The notes under the pieces were generated by a model, which was given only the letters and a program-made list of their open reading frames with translations, was not told the origin of the DNA and did not search any database. A DNA stretch of 64,000 nucleotides from positions 840-64,839 of the forward strand of contig WRDR01000009.1 of NCBI GenBank assembly GCA_009779745.1, in the 5' to 3' direction. Position numbers and translations under genes: made by a program. Below, piece by piece: positions 50,790 through 61,724 of the stretch; position 1 is the stretch's first letter, and each line of letters begins with the position of its first letter. This DNA is from Alphaproteobacteria bacterium. Lineage in GTDB: Bacteria; Pseudomonadota; Alphaproteobacteria; UBA9219.

Positions 50790-52106
50790 TCACCGCAGAG
50801 CAAACAAATTGCCTCTGTCGCTCAGAACATAGAAAGTCCTGTCAACGACAACAGGAGCAATAAACAAAGGCTCTCCTATATCCTGATAGTAGTCCAAAGA
50901 GCCGTCTTGCGGGAAAAAGCTCGCCAGATGCCCTAAAGAGTTGACAAGCCATAACCGCCCTCCTGCCAGCACCGGACCGGTCCAAATAATATCGTCCGAA
51001 GAAGCGTCTTTCGGATTCTTTTTGCCTTGAAGGTTCTGCGCCCAAATGACTCTGCCGTCTTTTTTGCTTAATGCAACGAGCTGGCTCTTGTTAGTATTGA
51101 CAAAAATATTTTCTCCGGAAATAACGACCGTATCCTTGCCGCCAATCTCGATTTCCCAAATGCGGTCTCCAGTTCTGGAATTGACAGCAGCCATGCGTCC
51201 GCTGCTGCTCACAGCATAAAGAATGCCGTCTTCTATGACAGGCAGAGCGCGTATGTCAGAAATAGAAGGCATAGCTCCTCTGTTTGAAACTCCTGCCAAA
51301 GAGTATCCCCAGAAAATACGCCCGTTCTGTACGCGAAGAGAAACAACATCTCCGGAGCTGTAAGCGGCAACCACAGAATCCAAAACTACTGCCGGCGCAG
51401 AAGCTCCCATAATAGTAGTGCTTTCGCTTATGCCTACCAAATCCCAGATAATAGACCCAGTAGTAGCATCAAACGCATACAGTTTATTATCTATGGATAT
51501 GATGAAAAGCCTGTTGTCCGCTACTGAAGGAGCAGCTCTTATAGGTTTGGCAATAGAGCGTCTCCACTTGGTTTTTCCGGATTCAACGTCCAGAGCAACA
51601 ACATCTCCGGCTCCATTGGTAGCGTAAAGCATATCGCCGGATACTGCAAGCCCTGCTCCCATAGCCCTGTTGTCCGAGGCAGCACTGCTTGCCTGCCAAA
51701 GAATCCTGCCGTCTTTGGCATCAATGCCGGATACCATACCGCGTGCATCTATGGTAAATATTCTTCCTTTGCTGAATACAGGCGAGGCTATGAGTTTGTA
51801 GCCGGAGTCGGATCCTCTGCCGACAGAAGTTCTCCATATTCTCTTAGGCGCAGTCGAAGCCATAACGTTCGGCATAACATGCGCCGCATCATATCCGCTC
51901 TGAGACCACGACAGATTCAAAATCTCTTTAGACAGCGGAAATGCTTTTCCTTCGAATGCTTCGTCTATGTTAATCTCACCGCTCTGCCCTATGACTGCAA
52001 TACGTTCGCCTTTGACCAATGCGCCTATTCTGTTGCTGTCGGCATTGCAGCCCGCAAGAAAAACACTGAAAAAAATGAAAACAAAAATTTTTCTCAAATC
52101 CAACAT
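50790..52106 (-). CDS. bamB: PQQ-like beta-propeller lipoprotein (BamB-like)
   Basis: lipobox LAGC, repeated A.D..TG...W blades; follows the YfgM-like gene. Confidence 0.85.
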   Translation of the reverse strand: MLDLRKIFVFIFFSVFLAGCNADSNRIGALVKGERIAVIGQSGEINIDEAFEGKAFPLSKEILNLSWSQSGYDAAHVMPNVMASTAPKRIWRTSVGRGSDSGYKLIASPVFSKGRIFTIDARGMVSGIDAKDGRILWQASSAASDNRAMGAGLAVSGDMLYATNGAGDVVALDVESGKTKWRRSIAKPIRAAPSVADNRLFIISIDNKLYAFDATTGSIIWDLVGISESTTIMGASAPAVVLDSVVAAYSSGDVVSLRVQNGRIFWGYSLAGVSNRGAMPSISDIRALPVIEDGILYAVSSSGRMAAVNSRTGDRIWEIEIGGKDTVVISGENIFVNTNKSQLVALSKKDGRVIWAQNLQGKKNPKDASSDDIIWTGPVLAGGRLWLVNSLGHLASFFPQDGSLDYYQDIGEPLFIAPVVVDRTFYVLSDRGNLFALR

Positions 52107-52123
52107 TTCAGTTTTTCCTTTTT

Positions 52124-52852
52124 TTATTCAGCCGAATTAAAAGACCTAAGAATGCTGCCCGCCCTGTCAGAGATACTGGCAGGAGCTTGCGGATCTTTTA
52201 CTATTGTTTCAAAAACTTTTACAGCTCCGTCTTTGTCGCCGGCATACAGTTTTATATAGCCCATAGTTTCCAAAACAGAGAACCTCAGCGCAGCTCCTTC
52301 TTTGGTTAACGGCTCCAGTCTGCTGATGAATGTTTTTGCAGCTTCCGGCTCTATGGCAAATCCCTTTTCCGGATTGCTTTTCTCATATTCTATGTCCAGC
52401 TGCGTTTGAACTAAAAGAAGAACAGCCATATCGTTCAGGTATTGGTCACTGCTTTTCGAAGCTAGGAATTTCGCAAAAATATCCAGAGCTTTTTGAAACT
52501 GCTTATCTTCAACTGCTAACAGTCCGGCCTTAATAACAGCAACCTCAGAGTAAGAATTTTCCTCGGCTATAAGTGCAAGAGATTTATTTTCAGCCGCATC
52601 TTCGGCAAAAGCCTCCAAATTATCTATCTGCTCGTTTACAGAGGCTCCGGACTTAGAAACCGCATAGAGGGCATCGGTATTTTGCTGCTGAGCCTCTTCT
52701 TTGACAGAGCGGTACATTACGCCTGCGGCAGTCGACAATACGACAACCGAAGCGCATACTATGATGAAGGTGCCGTTTTTCTTCCAGAAATCAATTAGTT
52801 TCTGTTTTTCCAGTTCTTCTTTAGCTTCTTGAAACAAGTTGTTATCAGTCAT
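52124..52852 (-). CDS. TPR membrane protein (YfgM/DUF2659-like)
   Basis: LFQEA.EEL....L..FWKKNG, single TM, TPR-like helices; start set at 52852. Confidence 0.8.
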   Translation of the reverse strand: MTDNNLFQEAKEELEKQKLIDFWKKNGTFIIVCASVVVLSTAAGVMYRSVKEEAQQQNTDALYAVSKSGASVNEQIDNLEAFAEDAAENKSLALIAEENSYSEVAVIKAGLLAVEDKQFQKALDIFAKFLASKSSDQYLNDMAVLLLVQTQLDIEYEKSNPEKGFAIEPEAAKTFISRLEPLTKEGAALRFSVLETMGYIKLYAGDKDGAVKVFETIVKDPQAPASISDRAGSILRSFNSAE

Positions 52853-53039
52853 GACGCACCCTTTTAAAGATAAATTAAGGTAAATATTTGCCATATTATA
52901 AAGCAATTGACATAAATCACAAGAAAAAGAAATTCCTTGACTGACAGGGGGTGTTTGATGTATTGACAGTGCTGTGTACAGGTGTGTCTTAGACCCTGTA
53001 ACAAAATAGAAATTTACAAAATATGAATGGATTAAAACT

Positions 53040-53303
53040 ATGGCTAACCATAAGTCTGCACAGAAGAGAATTAGACAAACTATAAAAAAGAACGAGCTGA
53101 ACCGCTCCCGCCGTTCTAAGATACGCACTATAACAAAAGCAGCTCTTGAAGCGATTGCCGGCGGTGATGCCAAGACTGCTGTTGAAGCTGTACGCCGTTC
53201 CGAGTCTGCTTTGGCCAGAGGCGTATCAAAGGGCGTGATGCACTGGAAAACAGCGGCGCGCAAGACTTCGAGATTGGCGAAGAAAGCGAAAGCTTTAGCT
53301 TAG
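53040..53303 (+). CDS. rpsT: 30S ribosomal protein S20
   Basis: MANHKSAQKRIRQ..KGVMH.KTAARKTSRL. Confidence 0.98.
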   Translation: MANHKSAQKRIRQTIKKNELNRSRRSKIRTITKAALEAIAGGDAKTAVEAVRRSESALARGVSKGVMHWKTAARKTSRLAKKAKALA

Positions 53304-53324
53304 TTAAATAATAAATAAAAATGC

Positions 53325-53360
53325 AGAATGCAGAAATAATTAATTTTATTTCTGCATTCT
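53325..53360. terminator. long inverted repeat after rpsT
   Basis: agaatgcagaaataa/ttatttctgcattct. Confidence 0.55.
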
Positions 53361-53547
53361 TATTTAATACTAACCCCTTGATTCATTCACGTACTTTTTT
53401 TGCAAGCCTTTTTTTTGGATTCTTTCAGTAATATTTGTAGACAAATTTTCTCATTAGGACTATTCTTCTTAAACGTTTCCAAGACGCTTAATATTTTTCT
53501 CATGCTTTCTGCATGACATCTTTATTTTTTTCTCTCATGGAGTCAAC

Positions 53548-54969
53548 ATGAACTCAGGTTTCGAGAATTCTTCCGTTCAGAATGGGTTTGATGCCTTAAC
53601 AACTTCTCTCCGCAAGCTCTTCGGCGAGACTATCTACAGAAGATGGTTTGTTCAAATGAACGGAACGGTTTCGGAAGCCGCGGACGGTTCTAAGAATATT
53701 TCTCTCGGCCTTCCTACCCGCTTCATGCGCGACTGGGTAGAATCTCACTTCGGAGAAGAAATCCGCTATGCATGGAAAAATCTTTCCAATAACGGTCAGG
53801 TCTCTTTCTCTGTAGTCTCGCCTTTGGTAAAAGCCGGTACTGCGGCTCCAAAAAACATTGAGTCTCCGGAAGTAAAATCATCTGCTGCTCCCGCAGATGA
53901 TTTTTATTCCGGCTTTTCAACTGAAATTAATCCTCACTTAACGTTCGATAATTTCATAGTAGGCTCTGCTAATGAACTTGCCTATGCAGCGGCAAAGCGC
54001 GCAGCGGATTCTGATACGGCAAGTTTCAATCCGCTGTTTTTGTGCGGCGGCGTAGGTCTCGGAAAAACTCACCTCATGCAGTCCATTGCATGGCAGATTA
54101 AAAATAAGAATCCTGAAAAGAAAATTGTCTATCTCTCGGCGGAAAAATTTATGTATCATTTTGTCAGAGCATTAAGACAAAAAGACACCATGAGATTCAA
54201 AGAAGTTTTCAACTCCATAGACATTCTTATAGTAGACGATATACAATTCATAAGCGGAAAAGATAATACTCAAGAAGAGTTTTTTCATGCGCTGAATACT
54301 ATGCTCAGCCGCGGGAAACAATTGGTTCTGTCCGCAGACAAAGCCCCTCAGGAATTAGACCGCATAGAAGAGCGGCTCAAATCCCGCCTAAGCGGAGGCC
54401 TCGTAATAGCTCTGAATCCTATAGACTTTAATCTGAGGCTCGGAATTCTACAGGCTAAGACTAAGAAAATAGGCATAGAGCTGCCGGAAAAAGTTCTGGA
54501 GTTCTTGGCGTATAAGATCACGTCTAATGTCCGGGAGCTTGAAGGAGCATTGAACAGAATAATAGCCTATACGCAACTTGCAAGAAAAACCGTTTCGCTG
54601 GAAATGGCACAGGAAGTATTGAAGGACGTGCTGCGGTCGTGTGAGAAAAAAATAACTATAGACGAAATTCAAAAAAGAGTAGCGGAACACTACAAGATAA
54701 AAATCTCGGATATGCAGTCTGCAAGACGGGCGCGCGCAGTAGCAAGACCAAGACAAGTTGCCATGTATCTGGCAAAACAGTTGACTCCAAGAAGTCTGCC
54801 TGAAATAGGCCGCCGCTTCGGAGACAGAGATCACACGACAGTTATTCACGCAGTCCGCAAGATAGAAGAGCTGTCTTCAAGCGACACGGCATTTAAGGAC
54901 GATGTCGAACTGCTGCTTCGCTTACTTAAAGCAAACATCAGCGAAGACCTGCGCCCTGAAGCGGCTTAA
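53548..54969 (+). CDS. dnaA: chromosomal replication initiator DnaA
   Basis: TFDNFIVG, NPLFL.GGVGLGKTHL, DDIQF, RELEGA, RDHTTVIHA. Confidence 0.98.
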   Translation: MNSGFENSSVQNGFDALTTSLRKLFGETIYRRWFVQMNGTVSEAADGSKNISLGLPTRFMRDWVESHFGEEIRYAWKNLSNNGQVSFSVVSPLVKAGTAAPKNIESPEVKSSAAPADDFYSGFSTEINPHLTFDNFIVGSANELAYAAAKRAADSDTASFNPLFLCGGVGLGKTHLMQSIAWQIKNKNPEKKIVYLSAEKFMYHFVRALRQKDTMRFKEVFNSIDILIVDDIQFISGKDNTQEEFFHALNTMLSRGKQLVLSADKAPQELDRIEERLKSRLSGGLVIALNPIDFNLRLGILQAKTKKIGIELPEKVLEFLAYKITSNVRELEGALNRIIAYTQLARKTVSLEMAQEVLKDVLRSCEKKITIDEIQKRVAEHYKIKISDMQSARRARAVARPRQVAMYLAKQLTPRSLPEIGRRFGDRDHTTVIHAVRKIEELSSSDTAFKDDVELLLRLLKANISEDLRPEAA

Positions 54970-54972
54970 GAA

Positions 54973-55010
54973 TGTGTGGAGTGTGGAATATGCACCCACC
55001 AACTCCTAAT
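54973..55010. repeat. heptamer element after dnaA (core in reverse orientation)
   Basis: tgtgtggagtgtg-gaatatgcac-ccaccaactcctaatt. Confidence 0.7.
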
Positions 55011-55710
55011 TAAACAAAATCTTGGAAAACGGCGAGTAGACTCCGTTCACATCCGTAGACAGCAAACTCAGTGCCCCTGCTACCAGCGTCAGAGTCCCGT
55101 CATTATTTGAATATACGCTGTTTACCCTATACATGCCGGTAAAATTCGAAACATTCATAAGATCTCCCGCGCTGTTTTTCGCTGCAATCTCGAAAGTATA
55201 CGCTCCGTCTTTAGCTATGTTTCCGTCCAGCATCTCGCCTTCCCACCTGACGTAATTATCTCCCGCCACAGTTGTTCCGGGCAATAACGCTACTGCTTTG
55301 CCGTTAGAATCTCTTATGACTATATCCGCCTGAGCCGCTGCATACGGCAGACTGTATCCAAATACACTCATGCCGTCCTGAAGCTCTATGAGTCCTTTCG
55401 GCGAGGGTGCTCTTACATAATTCCCGATATAGTTGACTCCTGTTGCCAATGCTCCTGCGTTAGTCGCATCTATAAGCTGCGTCAGCACTTTGTTGTTGTC
55501 TATTTGAGCCTGCACCTGCTGCATCTGAATAAGCTGCGAAGTGAACTCGTTAGGATCCATTGCATTCGTAGGATCCTGATTCTTCAGCTGCGTTATCAGT
55601 ATCCTTAGATACATATCAAAATTCATAGCCAAAGTCTTGTCTCTGTCCGCATACGAGGATTGCGAATATGACTGCATTTGCGATAACGGCTTTACCATTG
55701 ATACTGACAT
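55006..55710 (-). CDS. flgD: flagellar hook capping protein
   Basis: F..YL.ILITQLKNQDPTNAMDPNEFTSQL, WEG, DG.YTF. Confidence 0.93.
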   Translation of the reverse strand: MSVSMVKPLSQMQSYSQSSYADRDKTLAMNFDMYLRILITQLKNQDPTNAMDPNEFTSQLIQMQQVQAQIDNNKVLTQLIDATNAGALATGVNYIGNYVRAPSPKGLIELQDGMSVFGYSLPYAAAQADIVIRDSNGKAVALLPGTTVAGDNYVRWEGEMLDGNIAKDGAYTFEIAAKNSAGDLMNVSNFTGMYRVNSVYSNNDGTLTLVAGALSLLSTDVNGVYSPFSKILFN

Positions 55711-55810
55711 TTCTTTTGCTCCTTTTCTTTTATGCTTTTGGCTGCTCTCTTTACTACATCTTTCCGCTATAATCTTTTAGCCTGTTACACTCGCCGCTTC
55801 CTTTTATGCT

Positions 55811-57364
55811 TTACACTCTTATATTAACCCTCTCAGGAGTTACTATATAAGCGTTGGAATATTCTATAACCTGTTCCTCTTCCGAACTGCTTTGCTTAGA
55901 TTTATTATCCTGAAAAAAACCCTGCGCATTATTGCTTTTGTTGTTGTTATCAAAACCAAGACTCAAATCTCCGTCTTTTATCTGTATGCCTGCGTTTTGC
56001 AGAGACTGTTCCAGCATTCTGATGTCCCTTTGCAGCAATACTAAAGTTTGCGGGTTGTCCGAATGAATTATTCCGGTAACGCCGCCGCTTTTTGCGAAAT
56101 TCAGATTAACCGTTACTTTGCCCAGCTCCGCAGGATTTAGTTGCAGAGACATTTTTGTAACGCCGCTTTTTACCGATCTTTGAATCAGCAGCATTATTTG
56201 ATCCGTTACTGGCTGTGAGTGCTGAGTGTGCTGCGCTGCTTCGCCTTTTGCAAAAGAGATGCCCTGCCCTATGCTGTTGAAACTGACAACGTTATTTCCG
56301 GTGTTTTGCGCATGATTTTCCGATTGTATTGTATTAGGCGTCAAAAACGACTCGCTCTTGGCAAACTCAAATGTTTTGTTATTAACCACTCTGTCCATTA
56401 CAGGGCTTTGAGGCTTGGTGCTTACATCTTTTTGCAGAGGCAAAATCTTTTGCTCTATCTCTTCCGCATCAGGAGAATCATTTTCCAAGACGCTCTCTTT
56501 TGTCAGTTTCTCATTCGGAGTTTTAGTTTGGTTCTTATCCGCAACTGCATTCTGAAATTTATCCAAAGGCTTCTCTTGTATTGGAAGTTCCGGCTCCTTT
56601 GCAATAACCTCCGGCAACGGCTCCTCTACGGCAGGCTCCGACAGCAGCTCTTCGGCAGCAGCTTCAGGCATCAGTTCTTGCGGTTCAGCAACCGGCTGAG
56701 CTATGACTTCCGGCTCTTCGGGCATGCGCTCTTGCACTTCAGCAACAGGCCGAGATATAACTTCCAGCTCTTCGGGCATGAGTTTTTGCACCTCAGCAAT
56801 AAACTGAGCAACGAGCTGATACACATCAACGCTTTCTTCCTCTGGTAAATCCGGCGCAATCTCAATTCCTTCGTAAATACCCTCAACAAACTCCAGAAAA
56901 TCTTTTACTATTTGCATATCTAAGTCAGGGAGCTCTTCCAATGCTACTTCTTCAATCTTGGGTTCTATTGCCTGAAAGAGAGTCAAAAGTTCCGACAGTT
57001 GTACGGACAGCTCCTCGTTTTCCGACACAAGTTTTTGAAGCTCTTTTGTTTTTTCTTTAATGACTTCCAAACGCTGCGGCAGATTTTGTATGCACTCATG
57101 CAAACCCGGAGCTTCGATATTCATATCAACATCATTGCTGGTTTCTTTTTGTATACTTTGGCTCTCTTTTTCTTTTACAAAATTATCTCTCTCCGAAAAT
57201 ATGTTTACTTTGGTTTCAGCGTTATTCTCTGTATTCCCTGTAGTTTCCGCATTCCTAACCACTGCTTCCATCAGCGCAGAAAAGCCGGAGTCCGCTCCTT
57301 TCTTGCTTGCAGAGCTTTGAGAATTCTGACTTGGAAAAATCTTATCTGCTATTTGCTGAATCAT
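55811..57364 (-). CDS. fliK: flagellar hook-length control protein
   Basis: C-terminal LQLNPAELGKV.V.L...LEQSLQNAG; acidic low-complexity body; upstream of flgD. Confidence 0.85.
   Translation of the reverse strand: MIQQIADKIFPSQNSQSSASKKGADSGFSALMEAVVRNAETTGNTENNAETKVNIFSERDNFVKEKESQSIQKETSNDVDMNIEAPGLHECIQNLPQRLEVIKEKTKELQKLVSENEELSVQLSELLTLFQAIEPKIEEVALEELPDLDMQIVKDFLEFVEGIYEGIEIAPDLPEEESVDVYQLVAQFIAEVQKLMPEELEVISRPVAEVQERMPEEPEVIAQPVAEPQELMPEAAAEELLSEPAVEEPLPEVIAKEPELPIQEKPLDKFQNAVADKNQTKTPNEKLTKESVLENDSPDAEEIEQKILPLQKDVSTKPQSPVMDRVVNNKTFEFAKSESFLTPNTIQSENHAQNTGNNVVSFNSIGQGISFAKGEAAQHTQHSQPVTDQIMLLIQRSVKSGVTKMSLQLNPAELGKVTVNLNFAKSGGVTGIIHSDNPQTLVLLQRDIRMLEQSLQNAGIQIKDGDLSLGFDNNNKSNNAQGFFQDNKSKQSSSEEEQVIEYSNAYIVTPERVNIRV
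56667..56799. repeat. about 2.5 copies of a 54-bp (18-aa) tandem repeat inside fliK
   Basis: units begin ggcat at 56667, 56721 and 56775. Confidence 0.8.
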
Positions 57365-57373
57365 GAAAAAATC

Positions 57374-57889
57374 CTAAACAGTTTTGGATATTGAGACCGG
57401 CTGACAGTGTGATCTGTCTTTTTGAGTTTTGCTGGTATCCTTATAAGAAGGAGGCGACAATTGTTCTGCTTTTATTGCCGACATAACATTGCTGACAAAC
57501 AGTCTTGAAGCATCGCAGGACGCTTGCAGCATCAGCGCATTTTCCTGAGCCGCAGTTTCAACATTCATTACGGCATCCCTCAGAGCTTTTTTTGTCTCGT
57601 CCGGTAATGCTTGCAAGCTTTCTTTATTAGAATACAAAATTTCTATGTTCCTGCTGTATTCGGCAGAAAAACGCTGTTTAAATTTAAGCAGATCTTTGTG
57701 CTGTTCCGTATCTTTTTTAGCTACCAGCTCTTTCTCTTGCGCAAAAATGTTTATCAGCTCCTTAGACAGCTCTATGACAGTGTCCGAGAGTTTCGGTATG
57801 TCGTGCGCTACCGGTTTCAGATTTACAGCCGCTGTCGGTTCTTGACTCTGCTTTTGCTCTTGTTTATGCAGTCCTATCATTATTTTCAC
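57374..57889 (-). CDS. FlgN-like flagellar chaperone
   Basis: helical protein with E...L...K and N..ML.A pattern; position after flgJ. Confidence 0.55.
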   Translation of the reverse strand: MKIMIGLHKQEQKQSQEPTAAVNLKPVAHDIPKLSDTVIELSKELINIFAQEKELVAKKDTEQHKDLLKFKQRFSAEYSRNIEILYSNKESLQALPDETKKALRDAVMNVETAAQENALMLQASCDASRLFVSNVMSAIKAEQLSPPSYKDTSKTQKDRSHCQPVSISKTV

Positions 57890-58196
57890 CTATTGCCCTA
57901 TTGTTGTTTGCTTCTTGTAACCGCAGCATCGCTTCTTTAACCATCGGAGCTATTCCCAGAGAACCAGTACTAGCTATAGACTTGCCGTACTCCTGCAAAA
58001 GAAAAGACCGCGCAATATTTTCTGCGTTTCCGCCGCCGAACAAAGAGTTCACCGGCACCGTATCAAATATAGGCCGCATCATCTCGGTTGCAAACATAGC
58101 TTCAAAATCTTTAGCCGTTCTCTCTATCTTTATCATTTGTTCGGCAGAAACATGAGAATATTGTTTGGTTAAAGCACTCGATACTGCGCCTATCAT
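57864..58196 (-). CDS. flgJ: rod-binding protein FlgJ (short form)
   Basis: AKDFEAMF..M, FGGG.AE...S.L..EY, GSLGIA. Confidence 0.88.
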   Translation of the reverse strand: MIGAVSSALTKQYSHVSAEQMIKIERTAKDFEAMFATEMMRPIFDTVPVNSLFGGGNAENIARSFLLQEYGKSIASTGSLGIAPMVKEAMLRLQEANNNRAIGENNDRTA

Positions 58197-59335
58197 ATTA
58201 CCTCCAAATCCGCCTGTAAAGCACCGGCTGCCTTTATAGACTGAAGAATCTGCATCATGTCTCTGGGACTTACGCCCAGCGCATTCAGGTTTTCTACCAG
58301 AGTTTGAAGACTGACTCCGCTTTTAAGAACTGTCATTCTGCTTTCGGAGCTGTCGTCTATAGAAATGTCGCTATGCGTTATAACTTCCGTATTTCCTCCT
58401 CTTGAGAACGGCTCCGGCTGTGAAACCTCCTGTGTTTCAGAGATTTTAATAGTAAGATTTCCTTGAGCCACTGCAACAGTGCTGATTCTCACGTCCTCGC
58501 CCATGACTATGACTCCGGCCGCCTCGTCTATGATGACTCTGGCAATATCATCAGGCACAACCGTAAGCTGCTCTATGCTGTTCATGAAGCCGACTATGTC
58601 GGAACGCTTGTTGTAATCAAGACTCACAATCACGGTCCCGGAATCCAGCGGGTACGCTATTACTGCTTTTTCATAAGTGTTTATAGCCTCCGCTATGCGT
58701 TTTGCAGTAGTAAAATCAGGGTTTCTCAGAGACAATTTTGTAGAAGACAAAGCGGATAGATTAAAATCAACCTCGCGTTCTACAATAGCTCCGGAAGAAA
58801 TCCGACCCGATGTAGGCACTCCTTTTGTAATGCTGGAGCCGCTTTGTCCGGAGGCTGTGACTCCCGAAACCACAGTACCTTGAGCCAGAGCGTATATCTC
58901 GCCGTCCGCTCCTTGCAGAGTCGTGACTAACAGCGTGCCGCCTTGAAGGCTTTTCGCATCTCCCATTGCGGACACGACTACGTCTACCTTAGAGCCCTGT
59001 GCGGAAAACGGCGGCAGAGTCGCCGTAACCATAACCGCAGCTACGTTTTTAGTCTTCATCGTAGACAAATCCGCAGTCGTATTAACTCCTAGCCTCTCCA
59101 GCATACTAACGAGGCTTCTTGCAGTAAACGGAACGTTCGTCAATGAGTCGCCGGTCCCGTTCAGTCCTACTACCAACCCATAGCCGACCAGTACGTTGTC
59201 TCTTACGCCTTCGAAACTCACTATGTCCTTAATTCTGGAGGCGGCTTTAGCATCAACAGGATAAAAACTACCCATGACCAGCGATACGGCAAGGATTATG
59301 CTGCATGCAATATTTCTTGTTTTTAAAAGTTTCAT
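58193..59335 (-). CDS. flgI: flagellar P-ring protein
   Basis: RIKDI..EGVRDN.LVGYGLVVGLNGTGD, KNVAAVMVTA, LQSIKAAGAL. Confidence 0.97.
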   Translation of the reverse strand: MKLLKTRNIACSIILAVSLVMGSFYPVDAKAASRIKDIVSFEGVRDNVLVGYGLVVGLNGTGDSLTNVPFTARSLVSMLERLGVNTTADLSTMKTKNVAAVMVTATLPPFSAQGSKVDVVVSAMGDAKSLQGGTLLVTTLQGADGEIYALAQGTVVSGVTASGQSGSSITKGVPTSGRISSGAIVEREVDFNLSALSSTKLSLRNPDFTTAKRIAEAINTYEKAVIAYPLDSGTVIVSLDYNKRSDIVGFMNSIEQLTVVPDDIARVIIDEAAGVIVMGEDVRISTVAVAQGNLTIKISETQEVSQPEPFSRGGNTEVITHSDISIDDSSESRMTVLKSGVSLQTLVENLNALGVSPRDMMQILQSIKAAGALQADLEVI

Positions 59336-59386
59336 TGATTTCCAGCGAGTTACATGATTCTACAAAATATACTACATTGATACCAA

Positions 59387-59402
59387 TGCAATTTATGTGC
59401 CA
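59387..59402 (-). promoter_or_regulatory. sigma54 -24/-12 promoter of the flgI operon
   Basis: minus strand TGGCAC-ATAAA-TTGCA, perfect consensus. Confidence 0.8.
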
Positions 59403-59410
59403 CTTTCTTT

Positions 59411-59506
59411 GAATGTGAAGTGTGAAATGTGAAATGTGAAATTATTAGGGTGGTATTTCTGTAAAAATGGTTGTATAAATAACCCTTAATTTCACACTTC
59501 ACATTC
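59411..59506. repeat. (AATGTGA)-type array with an 18-bp perfect inverted repeat
   Basis: gaatgtgaagtgtgaaat (59411-59428) and atttcacacttcacattc (59489-59506). Confidence 0.85.
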
Positions 59507-59514
59507 CCAAAGCC

Positions 59515-59964
59515 ATGATCGATAAACTGGATCGCATCAAATCCTCTGACCTTCTTAATACAAACGCTCCTGTAAAACGGGCGCAATCCTCTTCGTCCGC
59601 CTCGTCAGCCAGCTTTGCAGGCTCTGTCTCTGCCAAAGCCTCTGCCAGCTCCGGCGGTTTAAGTGCTGCGTCATCAGTCAGCGGACTTTTAGGCGCAGGA
59701 AATGTTTCCCTTATGCTCGGCGTACAAGAACTAGGAGACGCTCTTTCAAGAGCCTCCAGAGGCAAAGAAAGAGCAGAAGACACTCTCAAAAAATTAGACA
59801 AAATAAGGTTAAGCCTTGTTTCAGGCTCTCTGCACAAATCAGAGCTGGAATCTCTAAGCGAAACCGTTTCCCAGCAAAAAGAAATCATAGACGATCCTGT
59901 TCTGTCAGAAATACTAGACGACATAGACCTTAGGGCGAGAGTGGAGCTTGCTAAGTATATATAG
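59515..59964 (+). CDS. fliX: flagellar assembly regulator FliX
   Basis: L.VQE, RG...L..LD.IR..L.SG, DP.LSEILDDIDLRARVELAK; divergent from flgI. Confidence 0.9.
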   Translation: MIDKLDRIKSSDLLNTNAPVKRAQSSSSASSASFAGSVSAKASASSGGLSAASSVSGLLGAGNVSLMLGVQELGDALSRASRGKERAEDTLKKLDKIRLSLVSGSLHKSELESLSETVSQQKEIIDDPVLSEILDDIDLRARVELAKYI

Positions 59965-60030
59965 AAAAGTGTGGAGTTGAAAACGGAAAGTTGAATCTGG
60001 CATTTGGTATCTGGACACTAATTTTCAATT

Positions 60031-60966
60031 TCATATTAACTTTATAACCTCTTGCACCGTAATATTCTTCACGTTGCTGTTGTGAATGAGCCTAGTTTTT
60101 GTGCCTATGGGCTTGTTCCATTCAGCGATCTTTCCAGATGAATATAACGCTATAGTTTTTCTTTCCAGCACAGAGGCTATCTGCATGGGTCCAGTATCAC
60201 CGCCTATTACCAAGTCCGCTTTCCTAAGCACTCCAGTCAGTTCAAACAACGATGTTTTGCCGCATAAGTTTATTAATTTTCTGTTTTGAACCCGTGCATG
60301 AATATCCGCGCAAATTTCCGCATCACTTGCTGCTCCGACTAAACATACTGTTTTGGATTGCTCCAGCAAATATATTGCCAGCTCGGCAAACTTATCAGTT
60401 CCCCAGCGTTTGTGATCTTTCCCTACAGAGCTTCCCGGTATCAGTACTGTTATTCTGTCCGGCAGATTAAATTTCTCTATATCCGCATTAAGCCAATCCA
60501 GATTAATAGCGGACTCGTCCCACTTTACGCCGGTCTGTTCCAGCTGAAGCCTCTGCGCATCCTGCCAGTTTCTAATCCCTTTCAGACCCCTTTTGTACGC
60601 ACAAAAAGGAGCAGCCCCAGACCACCTAGTCCCGCGGCAGCCTCCCAGTAAAAAATACTGTATAGTTTGTCTTTTCTTACAATGAAAATCATAAACCGTT
60701 ATTTTATCAGTATCGCCTCTAAACTTAAGAATGTTCTTACTCAGTTTTAACCATTCTTTTATATTCCAGAAAGCAGGCTTAGTATCGACAATTATCTCAT
60801 CAAACCACGGCATAGCTTTTACAAAAGAAGCAAACTGTTGTCTGACTAATAAGGCTATTCTGTCGTTTTTATAGTGTTTTCTTATGCTCTGAAAGGCTCT
60901 GCAGCAAAGAACAAAATCTCCCAATGCGCCTAATCTTATGACTAAAATTTTATTTTGTTGTTTCAT
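60031..60966 (-). CDS. glycosyltransferase family 9 (heptosyltransferase-like)
   Basis: ILVIRLGALGD, PGSS..KRW, GDTGPMQIA. Confidence 0.9.
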   Translation of the reverse strand: MKQQNKILVIRLGALGDFVLCCRAFQSIRKHYKNDRIALLVRQQFASFVKAMPWFDEIIVDTKPAFWNIKEWLKLSKNILKFRGDTDKITVYDFHCKKRQTIQYFLLGGCRGTRWSGAAPFCAYKRGLKGIRNWQDAQRLQLEQTGVKWDESAINLDWLNADIEKFNLPDRITVLIPGSSVGKDHKRWGTDKFAELAIYLLEQSKTVCLVGAASDAEICADIHARVQNRKLINLCGKTSLFELTGVLRKADLVIGGDTGPMQIASVLERKTIALYSSGKIAEWNKPIGTKTRLIHNSNVKNITVQEVIKLI

Positions 60967-61005
60967 GATAGTTTTGTTATATAGTTTTTTGTAAGGAGAG
61001 GCAAT

Positions 61006-61710
<705 letters not shown>

Positions 61711-61724
61711 TAAATTTTACATTA

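Noticed and set aside
52853-53263. Long N-terminal extension of the YfgM-like ORF
   Set aside because: It overlaps rpsT antisense; the family-like sequence begins at ATG 52852.
52853-53547. oriC next to dnaA
   Set aside because: AT-rich, but I found no cluster of TTATCCACA-type DnaA boxes; alphaproteobacterial origins are often elsewhere.
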